Positions 28,850 to 36,914 of a stretch of DNA of 37,659 nucleotides are shown piece after piece (within the stretch, counting starts at the first letter, position 1; each line of letters begins with the position of its first letter). Made by a program: the position numbers and the translations under genes. This DNA comes from a virus (lineage: Duplodnaviria > Caudoviricetes), in the IMG/VR virus record IMGVR_UViG_3300038336_000066, positions 1-37,659 of that record; one strand, written 5' to 3'. The notes under the pieces are model-generated. The model had not been told where the DNA came from and ran no database searches. It was given only the letters and a program-made list of their open reading frames with translations.

Positions 28850-28868
28850 CCCTTCTTTACAATATAAT

Positions 28869-28901
28869 AATCACCCATTCGAAGGATATGAATGGGTGAT
28901 T
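28869..28901. terminator. 12-bp-stem hairpin in the late-operon leader
   Basis: AATCACCCATTC-N9-GAATGGGTGATT. Confidence 0.55.
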
Positions 28902-28947
28902 GCTGTGGGGGTAGCTTCGGCTTACTTCTGTAAACTTTCACAATATT

Positions 28948-29002
28948 ATTATATCATTAATATATGGTATTATTAGGACACGATAGGGACAGAATTAGGA
29001 CA
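28948..29002 (-). promoter_or_regulatory. Activator-dependent late promoter
   Basis: Three TGTCC repeats at 11-bp period (28976, 28987, 28998), then extended -10 TGATATAAT (28956-28948), directly after the ArpU-like gene. Confidence 0.7.
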
Positions 29003-29007
29003 TACTT

Positions 29008-29487
29008 TTAGACCATGACAGCATCTAGAGCAATTTGAGCGTGTCCAGTTTTCATATCAAGTCTTTCTGCATAAAATGCTTCGTGTATTTGAATCATTGC
29101 TTCATCTCTAATTCTTCGGCAATTTCTATCTGATGTTCCAACTTTTCTAGCTATTACAATCCATCCTAAATCATGAATATAATAATCAACTATAATCCTT
29201 CTGGCTTCATCGTCAAGGATATCTAGTGCCAAGTCTATCCTTTTAAGTTGTTTTTTATTATTAAACAATCTATTTTCAATATCAATTTTTGATATCGTTT
29301 GATTCTCCGTATCGCTATGAAACTTATTTGTTGGATTAACTATAACCTTATCATAGTTAACTCCTGTAAGTCCATAATAATCTTCAAGAAGTTTTTCATC
29401 ATGCTTAATCATTCTTTTTATTGTCGTATATTTCTTTAGGTATTCTCCAAGCTTTTCAATTTTTTCATTTGTCATATGTCTTGCCAT
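29008..29487 (-). CDS. ArpU/RinA-family late transcriptional activator
   Basis: IDLALDILD...R.II...Y....W..IA..VG.S.R...RIRD.A sigma-4-like HTH; start moved to MARHM behind GGGGGT. Confidence 0.85.
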   Translation of the reverse strand: MARHMTNEKIEKLGEYLKKYTTIKRMIKHDEKLLEDYYGLTGVNYDKVIVNPTNKFHSDTENQTISKIDIENRLFNNKKQLKRIDLALDILDDEARRIIVDYYIHDLGWIVIARKVGTSDRNCRRIRDEAMIQIHEAFYAERLDMKTGHAQIALDAVMV

Positions 29488-29760
29488 TTTATTACCCCCA
29501 TATATGTAAATCATATTAATTGTTTTAATTATTGGGGGCAAGGCTCTGAGGTTCGCCCCTGGTCCTTGAGCCGGACTAGCTGTTACAACAAATCCGATTG
29601 TAACTTCGGGCTAAAATAATACGTGTATTATATACTAAGATTTGTTTAAATGCCTTACAAGGGTACTCCTTTCCCACATTAGGCTGTAGATACCGTTATT
29701 ATATTAAGCTTTCGCTTCATACCTCAATAATTAGACTATTATGAACTGTTTTTTGCACTG

Positions 29761-29789
29761 AAAAAGGAAACCTTTGAGATTTCCTTTAA
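29761..29789 (-). terminator. Intrinsic terminator after the Mrr-like moron
   Basis: Minus strand AAAGGAAATC-tcaaa-GGTTTCCTTTTT. Confidence 0.7.
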
Positions 29790-29885
29790 AATGTTGCACT
29801 TTACGGTACAGTATTAATTTTTAACAATATTTTTCCCAACTGATTAGTGTCAAGAAAACTAATGTTAGCTGATGTTTAATCATCC

Positions 29886-30755
29886 CTATGGAGATAATTG
29901 ACGTCTCTTTTTATAAGCCTCATAAAAAATGCTTCCAATTACTGATGATGCAATACCAATTAAAAATCCAGGTATAGTTTGAATTATAACCTGCCAAAAA
30001 CTTTTTTTATTTAATGCATATGTAATAGCTTTAATTTCATCATCAGTTATTTTCTCTAATTCTTTTGCGCTATCATATTCTTCCTTGATAAGTTGTGATT
30101 CAATTTCCATTTGAATCATATCGTCTCTTATACCCTCTAAGTCTTCTTCAAGATCATGGAGACTGTTTATAGATTCGGTAACGTTTACTATTCGGTTATC
30201 AAGTTTGTCAGAATCTTTGTTATTATTAACAATTAATACTTGTATACTAATAAAAAGGAGTGATGTTATAATTGTTAAGACTGAAGACGATAAATAAATA
30301 TATCTTTTTTTAATAACTAAATTAATATTTTGAAAATACTTTTTATGAATTTCTATATTATCATTAACAAGTTTTAGAATTCGATTATAGTCTATAATAC
30401 TAAAATCAATATTTCTATCTATATCTTCTACAAGATTTTTCACCTCATCATGCTGTGTATTCGTTAGTTTGGCAGAAGTAATAAAAATAAGTTTGTCAAA
30501 ATTTTCTATTGTTATAAATCTTAATAGAGCTTCTGCCACACCGTTTATATTAAATTTAGACCAGTGTTTAACCACTACTAGAAATGACTTTGATTTGCCA
30601 CTACTAAATTTTTCTTCTCCCTCAAAATCGAAACCTTCGTCATCTTTGATCCTGGTGACTATTTCTACTTCTTCGTTTGCTTTTAATAAATCATAGCATA
30701 GATCTTCAAATTGCCTAAGTGACATATCATACATGGGTAATTTATTAAATTCCAT
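29886..30755 (-). CDS. Mrr-like restriction-endonuclease-fold domain fused to TM-coiled coil-TM
   Basis: FEDLCYDLL, DEGFDF, VKHW, IFITSA, IIDY..I in the N-terminus; two hydrophobic helices flank a heptad region. Confidence 0.75.
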   Translation of the reverse strand: MEFNKLPMYDMSLRQFEDLCYDLLKANEEVEIVTRIKDDEGFDFEGEEKFSSGKSKSFLVVVKHWSKFNINGVAEALLRFITIENFDKLIFITSAKLTNTQHDEVKNLVEDIDRNIDFSIIDYNRILKLVNDNIEIHKKYFQNINLVIKKRYIYLSSSVLTIITSLLFISIQVLIVNNNKDSDKLDNRIVNVTESINSLHDLEEDLEGIRDDMIQMEIESQLIKEEYDSAKELEKITDDEIKAITYALNKKSFWQVIIQTIPGFLIGIASSVIGSIFYEAYKKRRQLSP

Positions 30756-30880
30756 ACATTATCCCCTTTTTGATAATCTGATTAAATATCAGCTAACTAT
30801 GTTATTCTTGAAATTAGTGTTATAAACACCTTTAATAAGTATATCATATACAATCTTTTATAGAAATCTTATTTTTTCTT

Positions 30881-30901
30881 TATTCAGTTTTCAAGGTTCA
30901 A
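30881..30901 (-). promoter_or_regulatory. boxA-like antitermination element
   Basis: Minus strand TTGAACCTTGAAAACTGAATA resembles the Firmicutes rrn boxA ((G)TTCTTTGAAAACT); intergenic and on the transcribed strand. Confidence 0.6.
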
Positions 30902-30971
30902 TTTTTCTTAATTAGTCAACAATAGTTTTCTTCTAATAAGTTACATTTCCGTCTTTCCCTATAGTTGCTAA

Positions 30972-31133
30972 TCAACTCCCTTTTTTAAGCTTAATTATTT
31001 TTTCATCATCTCTTATACTTTTTCTGTAAGGACTATGTACTACTTTGTTACCTTCGACTACAATAAATATGTCTTTATTTAATACTTTATAAAATCCATC
31101 TTTAGGATTTTCTTTAAGTTCTTTAAATATCAT
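30972..31133 (-). CDS. 53-aa hypothetical protein; not in the ORF track
   Basis: AGGAGGT RBS; MIFKELKENPKDGFYKVLNK...KKGS*. Confidence 0.65.
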   Translation of the reverse strand: MIFKELKENPKDGFYKVLNKDIFIVVEGNKVVHSPYRKSIRDDEKIIKLKKGS

Positions 31134-31151
31134 AGGTTACCTCCTGTAAGT

Positions 31152-31337
31152 TTAAATACTATATTCTTCAATAATTGCTCCAATTAGATTTAAAAAATCA
31201 GTTAGGCTTTCACCTGATACATTAACTGTTATATTAAGCATTACTTTTGTATCCATTCTTTTTCCTTTTTCAATTTCGCTAGTTACTTCAATTTCTGTGC
31301 CCGCTACTTGCCACAATTCAGTTTCTTGTCTTAACAC
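31152..31337 (-). CDS. Hypothetical phage protein
   Basis: 61-aa ORF, AAGGAG RBS, packed within the operon. Confidence 0.65.
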   Translation of the reverse strand: MLRQETELWQVAGTEIEVTSEIEKGKRMDTKVMLNITVNVSGESLTDFLNLIGAIIEEYSI

Positions 31338-31354
31338 CGTTTTAGTCTCCTTCT

Positions 31355-33091
31355 CTATGCAAATCTTAGTTGCTCATGGCTAGAATCTATTCTCATGTTT
31401 GGTGCGCGTTCTCCAGTTTTTAAATCACTACAATTTGATTCAACTAATACTTTTGCCATCTGAGGACATACACTATTGCCACACCTTGCTACTTGCTTTG
31501 ATATTGGATAAGCACGTCCCTTGTAGTCCTGATCGATAATGTAGTCTTCTGGAAAGCCTTGTGCCTTAAAAAGTTCATTAGGAGTCAGCATTCTCAACGT
31601 GATATCAACAATGACATAATCTATACCGTAAACAGTAACCAATGCAAAGCGGTCTTTTGTAACAATAGTATGTAGTGGATCATTAAGTGATTGTCCTGTG
31701 CCTTGACCGTAATATTCCATGATGAATGATGCTACCATATTGCACTTTTCACGGAATTCACTTATAACTTCTTCTTTCTCAACCATTAAAATTTTTACAT
31801 CCCCAAAATGTCCTGCTGAGGTAGTTATTGTATGTAGGGGCTCTGTAACTTCTTGACCAGTACCTGTTTTATAGAATTTTGTTAGAAATACTCCTGCTAA
31901 TGAATGGACCTGTCTAGCTGTAATTGTGTGACACGGATCATCAACGCTTGATGCTGTTGATCTACTGCATCCGGCATATGCTTTTGATATAAACACACTA
32001 GCTAATGCATACCTTGGACTTGCATCAATTGTCATTATTGGTTCTTTAACTTCATATGCTCTTACAGAGTTTTCAGAAGTCTCAGAATGATATTGAATCA
32101 AGATAGGTGATACTAATGCGTGATGTCCCCCGGTTGTAATAGTGTGTATTGGTGCACCTGCGCTCCCACCTGGATGGTTAGATGTATTAACTGCCATAAA
32201 TGGAGCAAGTACTGGTGATACCAGGCAGTGTTCATTCTTAGTAACTATCGTAATAAGAGGTTCATGAATCGTTTTATTCCTATCTTTAGTAAATCCAGAT
32301 TGTCCTATTTGTAGAATGAATGGTTCAGGATTATTAAATACAAATTTATCCATTCCTCTTCCAATACGATTCATGGTATTTTCTGCTAAAGGCTTTTTAC
32401 GTCCGAATATGGATTTCCCTAAATCCGAAAATTCTAATACTGTTGAAACAGGTACCCATTTTTTTAATCCGTTCTCTCCTGTTTTTGAATGTGTTGGTTG
32501 AGGCCATGTGATAGGATTTCCATCACATCGAGCTATCATATACCAACGTTTTCTAGTTGTAGGAGTGCCGTAATCAGCAGCCACTAATTCTCTCCATTGA
32601 ACAGAATAACCAAGTTTTCTTAGCTTTCTTATGAATTGATTAAATGTTTCGCCTTTTCTTTTTGCTATAGGTATTCCTTTTTTGTTAAGAGGCCCCCACG
32701 TTTGAATCTCTTCTACATTTTCAGCAATTATTACATCAGGACGAACATGCCTTGCCCATTTTACAATAGCGAATGGTAATGATCTAATATTTTTATCCTT
32801 TGGTTTTCCACCTTTTGCTTTGCTGAAATGTTTACAATCAGGTGAAGCCCATAATAATCCTACATGGCGACCTTCTGTTACTTTCAATGGACTAACATCC
32901 CAAATATCTTCCAGTAAGTGCTGTGAATGAGGATGATTGGTTTTATGCATTAATATTGCATCCATATCATGATTAATAGCTATGTTTACTTCTCTACCAG
33001 TGGCCATTTCTATTCCAACTGAGGCGCCACCACCTCCCGAAAATATATCAACTAATAACTTTAGTGATTCAGTTAAGGCAATTTTATTCAC
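31355..33091 (-). CDS. dcm: DNA cytosine-5 methyltransferase with repeat-expanded variable region
   Basis: Motifs DIFSGGGG, SPDC, ENV, RKRW, GFP, GNSV. Confidence 0.93.
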   Translation of the reverse strand: MNKIALTESLKLLVDIFSGGGGASVGIEMATGREVNIAINHDMDAILMHKTNHPHSQHLLEDIWDVSPLKVTEGRHVGLLWASPDCKHFSKAKGGKPKDKNIRSLPFAIVKWARHVRPDVIIAENVEEIQTWGPLNKKGIPIAKRKGETFNQFIRKLRKLGYSVQWRELVAADYGTPTTRKRWYMIARCDGNPITWPQPTHSKTGENGLKKWVPVSTVLEFSDLGKSIFGRKKPLAENTMNRIGRGMDKFVFNNPEPFILQIGQSGFTKDRNKTIHEPLITIVTKNEHCLVSPVLAPFMAVNTSNHPGGSAGAPIHTITTGGHHALVSPILIQYHSETSENSVRAYEVKEPIMTIDASPRYALASVFISKAYAGCSRSTASSVDDPCHTITARQVHSLAGVFLTKFYKTGTGQEVTEPLHTITTSAGHFGDVKILMVEKEEVISEFREKCNMVASFIMEYYGQGTGQSLNDPLHTIVTKDRFALVTVYGIDYVIVDITLRMLTPNELFKAQGFPEDYIIDQDYKGRAYPISKQVARCGNSVCPQMAKVLVESNCSDLKTGERAPNMRIDSSHEQLRFA

Positions 33092-33324
33092 TAGCTCACC
33101 TCTCTCAATATTGACTTATTTGATTCGATGCTCCCTTTCTTAATCAGATCATCAACCAAAATCATAACTTCAAGTATTTGTCTTTGAAATTCTTTAGCTA
33201 ATTGGGATATTGTAGCTCCATTTTTTAACATCTTTTCTGCTATGTATTTCTCTTCCTCGCTCCATCCATAATCTAATGTTAAACCAGCTACAAATCCACA
33301 TGGTTTATCTTGTTTTCTTGGCAT
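33091..33324 (-). CDS. Small HTH-like protein
   Basis: WSEEE......M...G..I..LAK.F.R pattern. Confidence 0.65.
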   Translation of the reverse strand: MPRKQDKPCGFVAGLTLDYGWSEEEKYIAEKMLKNGATISQLAKEFQRQILEVMILVDDLIKKGSIESNKSILREVS

Positions 33325-33325
33325 C

Positions 33326-33424
33326 TTAGCTCACCACTTTCGTACTCTTGTACCATGATTTTCCACACTTTGTTAATTTGTAACCTTTTAAATCTAAAGC
33401 TTTTTGTGCTAGTTCATAAATCAT
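33326..33424 (-). CDS. Possible 32-aa coupled mini-gene
   Basis: ATGA overlap with the upstream stop; fills the gap to the next gene exactly. Confidence 0.35.
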   Translation of the reverse strand: MIYELAQKALDLKGYKLTKCGKSWYKSTKVVS

Positions 33425-33699
33425 TTGTAGTGATAAGATTTAACCACTGGGAAGTCTCTCGTTACTTCAAACATCTGAAAGCTTTTATTAAGGTTTTCAA
33501 TACAGAAACTAATAAGTTTGTCTTTGGAATGAATTAAAATATTATCTAATTCCCTTTGTTTCATGTTTGAAGCATTTAACTCCTGCTCTATTTCTTTCGT
33601 AATTTTTTCAATCTCACTTTTGTCTGGATTCATCAAATCTTTATCAGTAAGCATTGTGTGATTTTCTACCCATTCATGAGCTCCTACCCATTCTTCCAT
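33421..33699 (-). CDS. Hypothetical phage protein
   Basis: 92-aa ORF, AAAGGA RBS. Confidence 0.65.
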   Translation of the reverse strand: MEEWVGAHEWVENHTMLTDKDLMNPDKSEIEKITKEIEQELNASNMKQRELDNILIHSKDKLISFCIENLNKSFQMFEVTRDFPVVKSYHYK

Positions 33700-33712
33700 A
33701 GTATTATTCCTT

Positions 33713-34570
33713 TCAAGGTTTTAATAGATCTGTAATAATACTTTCATTCTCTTCAATTGCTAAATCCCATCTGATACTTTCTTCGGGAAACCTTATGGGT
33801 ACCGCCATTTTTTGAATACGATTTACAATTCTATCATCAATTTCTAAATCTTCGATCGCACAATTTGATGTAAATATAGTTACTTTTCTATTTATAAGTC
33901 GTTCATCAAGTATTGAATAAAATTGTTCGTTTACAAAGGGTTTGTTACGTTCTGTTCCTATATCATCAATAACCAAAACATCTATTCTTTGTAAATCTCG
34001 AATAACATTCTTATCAGCAAGATCATCATTAAATGTTCTTTTAATTTCTTCGATAATCCTTATTGCTGTCGTGAACTTAGCAGCTGTATTTTTATAATTT
34101 ATAATTGCATTTGCTATACTAATTGCCATCCTTGTTTTTCCACTACCTTTAGTCTCACTGTGTAAATACAAGCCTTTTCCTTTTTCTTTCATTTCTTGAA
34201 AGTTATTAACATAGTTAGCACAGATTTTTTTTACCTGAACAGCTTCAAAGGCTTGATTTTTATAAATATTCGTTTCAAAACTATTGATAGTAAGATTTTT
34301 AAATTCGTCTGGAATATTTGCAAATAGTAATCTACATTCTTTTATTCTTCCAGTCCTACATTCGCATGGATTAGCATAATCATATTCCTTTCCAAACTTA
34401 TCTTTGACTTTGTATAATACAGCCCCAACATCCTTACATATTGGACATTTAAAAGTTGGTGACAATATCTTCGATTGGTCCTTTATGTGACTTGATGAGT
34501 TCTTCTGCAAGTTGGCTAGCTGTTTTTCCTTCAGCATCTCTTCGAACGTCTTTGGCATTCTTTTTTTCAC
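33713..34570 (-). CDS. DnaC/IstB-like helicase loader
   Basis: CPIC..CEC zinc site, GSGKT, LVIDDIG, TIFTSN. Confidence 0.9.
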   Translation of the reverse strand: MKKRMPKTFEEMLKEKQLANLQKNSSSHIKDQSKILSPTFKCPICKDVGAVLYKVKDKFGKEYDYANPCECRTGRIKECRLLFANIPDEFKNLTINSFETNIYKNQAFEAVQVKKICANYVNNFQEMKEKGKGLYLHSETKGSGKTRMAISIANAIINYKNTAAKFTTAIRIIEEIKRTFNDDLADKNVIRDLQRIDVLVIDDIGTERNKPFVNEQFYSILDERLINRKVTIFTSNCAIEDLEIDDRIVNRIQKMAVPIRFPEESIRWDLAIEENESIITDLLKP

Positions 34571-35273
34571 CTGCCTTATTAAAATTATCTGTGTAATTGC
34601 CTTCTAGCACCTTAAGGGCATTTGTACTATTCATTAGCCAATCAAAATTACATTTCCATGTTCCCGAACTGCCAGTTAAAAACTTACTTTCAATAGTTTT
34701 CTGAAAAAGCATTTTAAAATCAATGTCTTTAATAGCTTTTTGTAACCCATTAATACTTTTAATTCTCTTTTCACTTAAGATGGTTACTTTGGGAAGCTTA
34801 CTGCCACAAATTGAATTGTAATCTTGAACAATTAAATCAAATTCTGTACATATATGTTTAGTACTTGTATTATTAAATACACTTGTATTATTCTCTTTGA
34901 CTTTTTCGTCAATAGGGGTAATGACTTTTTTATCAATAGGGGTATTGATTATTTCGTCAATAGGGGGTATGTTTTTTTCAATGCAATTTATATACAATCT
35001 TCGCTCAATAATATGTTTATTTTCACCGTAAATTATCTGACGCTTTAAGTAACTATATTGCTCTAACTTAGATATCCATCTGCTTATTGTCTCGTTTTCA
35101 ACGTCATATAGCTTAGAGAAGTATGCATTACCTGCATTACAAAAACCATTTACAGATGATAAGCTTGTAATTTCACCAAAAAGTATCTTTTCATTTGGTT
35201 TTAAGCGTTTATCATACCTAACTTCAGCTGTTAATACTGAATAGTAACTTGGAGTTTCAATTATTCTTGTCAA
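34449..35273 (-). CDS. Phage replication initiator (N-terminal wHTH)
   Basis: YYSVL.AEVRYD..L...EK.L, TISRWISKL, C-terminal NFDWL...N..KVLEGNY; internal iterons. Confidence 0.85.
   Translation of the reverse strand: MTRIIETPSYYSVLTAEVRYDKRLKPNEKILFGEITSLSSVNGFCNAGNAYFSKLYDVENETISRWISKLEQYSYLKRQIIYGENKHIIERRLYINCIEKNIPPIDEIINTPIDKKVITPIDEKVKENNTSVFNNTSTKHICTEFDLIVQDYNSICGSKLPKVTILSEKRIKSINGLQKAIKDIDFKMLFQKTIESKFLTGSSGTWKCNFDWLMNSTNALKVLEGNYTDNFNKAGEKKNAKDVRRDAEGKTASQLAEELIKSHKGPIEDIVTNF
34897..34968. repeat. Three tandem 24-bp iterons, putative replication origin
   Basis: TTGACTTTTTCGTCAATAGGGGTA / ATGACTTTTTTATCAATAGGGGTA / TTGATTATTTCGTCAATAGGGGGT, next to an AT-rich tract with duplicated ACTTGTATTATT. 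Confidence 0.8.
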
Positions 35274-35413
35274 TGTTTCACCTTCTCGTCTTTAGATTCA
35301 TTTTTTGTAACAACACCGCCACATTTATGGCAAATACCAGATGTGAAACTTGGCAAGCACCAGGTAGTATAACCACAGTTTTCACAACTACATAATGGTA
35401 ATAAATTTGACAA
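35270..35413 (-). CDS. 47-aa zinc-ribbon protein; not in the ORF track
   Basis: AGAAGGTG RBS, TTG start; CENC...CHKCGG; TTGA overlap with the initiator start. Confidence 0.7.
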   Translation of the reverse strand: MSNLLPLCSCENCGYTTWCLPSFTSGICHKCGGVVTKNESKDEKVKH

Positions 35414-35431
35414 GCTTTACACCTTCTTTTG

Positions 35432-35746
35432 CTAATCATCCTCACTTAAGATTTGATTAATAAGTTGACTGTCCACCAAGGGGTTTTTCTGTTCTAAACC
35501 GTTAGGCAATTTGTTGATTGCATCCTCAATACGTTGTAATTTATTCCGAATATCATCTAAAATTGCATTACTACTCTCATTTGACTTTGTTTTTGAGATC
35601 TCTTGTTTTAAATGTGAGTTTTTTTCATAAAATCTAACAGCATCACAAACATACTGCGTAAAGTTTTCTTTGCCACAAAGAATATTATAGACATCTATAT
35701 TATCTTTTTTAAATTTAAGTGGTTTTTGAGGTCTGTCTTCAGCCAT
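35432..35746 (-). CDS. ParR-like centromere-binding adaptor (putative RHH)
   Basis: 104 aa overlapping the ParM stop; beta-helix-helix-like N-terminus (KPLKFKK...FTQYVCDAVRFY). Confidence 0.6.
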   Translation of the reverse strand: MAEDRPQKPLKFKKDNIDVYNILCGKENFTQYVCDAVRFYEKNSHLKQEISKTKSNESSNAILDDIRNKLQRIEDAINKLPNGLEQKNPLVDSQLINQILSEDD

Positions 35747-36731
35747 TAATCATCCCTGCTTTTACTTTACAGACAATATGAAAACCCTCTGCATTTGCCC
35801 ATTGAAAGGTTTCAATACTATCTGCTTTAGTAGGTGTTATTAAATGTGGAACAATCTCTTTAAACTCATCTAAAACACTGAAGCTAGTACCTCCTACAGC
35901 AACTGCTGGCATTAAGCTAATTGAAATATTGCTTTCTTCAAGAGACTTTAGTATATAATCCTTAATAAAACGCGAAATTGTTGTTTTAATTACGATTACA
36001 CTATCTGCGTTAAGCTCTCCATCAATAAAAATACCACCATTCTCTATAGCATTTTTGGCATCCATTAAACTACAATCAATACCTAACGCAATATTGAGTT
36101 CTTGCCTTACCAAGGATTGTAATTTTGTACCACCAAAGTTATTGCTAAAAGAGCTACTGGGTATCAATACTCTATTATCAAAAATCCCAAAATTAAATTG
36201 TTTACCTCCAATATCAAAAACCGCGACTCTTTTTTGCAGAAAAATATTAGGTTCTAAGTAAACAATGCCTGAACCTTCGTTTTTGATAATGATTTTTTCA
36301 AAGTTAAATAAATGCTTACGATTGTTAATAATCACGATTGGATTAGACTTTATGTATTCCCTATATTCTTCTTTTAATGACTTGTTCCTGAAAATGGTTG
36401 TTGGGCATCCTACTGTAAGTACAATGCATGGTTCTTTATCAAGGGGATCTATTAGTTTAGATATTGCAGAAAATATTGCTAACTTATGTAAAAGTGATGT
36501 TTTTGTAGTTTGAGTGTCATAAAGCTCACCTTGCTCTCCTATGACAAGTTCTTTATCATCATAAACGACATGAAATGAATTGCCTTGAATTTCAATATCT
36601 CCATTGCTTAAATCATATAGCCGTGTTGGAAATGATGTTTTCTTTTCATTTAGTGGACCTATTGAGTCACGAAAACTACATATTGCTTTCGTTGTATCCT
36701 TACCAGGATCAACAGTTATTGCATATCTCAT
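35739..36731 (-). CDS. parM: ParM/StbA-family actin-like ATPase
   Basis: Actin-fold motifs TVDPGKDTTKA, NEG, VFDIGG, VGGTS, ANAEG; start moved to MRYAI behind GGGAGG. Confidence 0.88.
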   Translation of the reverse strand: MRYAITVDPGKDTTKAICSFRDSIGPLNEKKTSFPTRLYDLSNGDIEIQGNSFHVVYDDKELVIGEQGELYDTQTTKTSLLHKLAIFSAISKLIDPLDKEPCIVLTVGCPTTIFRNKSLKEEYREYIKSNPIVIINNRKHLFNFEKIIIKNEGSGIVYLEPNIFLQKRVAVFDIGGKQFNFGIFDNRVLIPSSSFSNNFGGTKLQSLVRQELNIALGIDCSLMDAKNAIENGGIFIDGELNADSVIVIKTTISRFIKDYILKSLEESNISISLMPAVAVGGTSFSVLDEFKEIVPHLITPTKADSIETFQWANAEGFHIVCKVKAGMING

Positions 36732-36762
36732 TTTTCTACCTCCCACAGTAGTTTTATTATTT

Positions 36763-36880
36763 TGTATATACATAAAGGTATACGACCTAATCATGGGTAT
36801 ACAATGTCTATACATTTAATGATTTTATGGGTATACATTAGGGTATACACTATCGTTTTGGATATACATTTGTATACCCT
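36763..36880. repeat. parC-like centromere repeat array
   Basis: Eight (GGG)TATAC(A) boxes, TATAC at 36767, 36779, 36798, 36809, 36832, 36844, 36863 and 36873. Confidence 0.75.
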
Positions 36881-36893
36881 TATTTTAATGCAG

Positions 36894-36911
36894 AGAGGGC
36901 AATTGCCCTCT
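36894..36911. terminator. GC-rich palindrome after the last gene
   Basis: AGAGGGCAATTGCCCTCT perfect palindrome; weak U-tract on the minus strand. Confidence 0.5.
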
Positions 36912-36914
36912 TTA

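Noticed and set aside
29545-29565. tRNA fragment (GGTTCG T-loop-like) or HDV/hammerhead ribozyme
   Set aside because: No T-stem or cloverleaf pairing; helix order and core nucleotides do not fit these ribozymes.
29886-33091. Methyltransferase and Mrr-like gene as a cognate restriction-modification pair
   Set aside because: They are separated by other genes and a separate promoter; the MTase is a typical early-operon orphan, and the nuclease-like protein is membrane-bound with a degenerate motif.
36732-36815. N-terminal extension of ParM given by the ORF track
   Set aside because: It runs through the repeat array; a GGGAGG RBS supports the ATG at 36731. Several structural genes were trimmed for the same reason.
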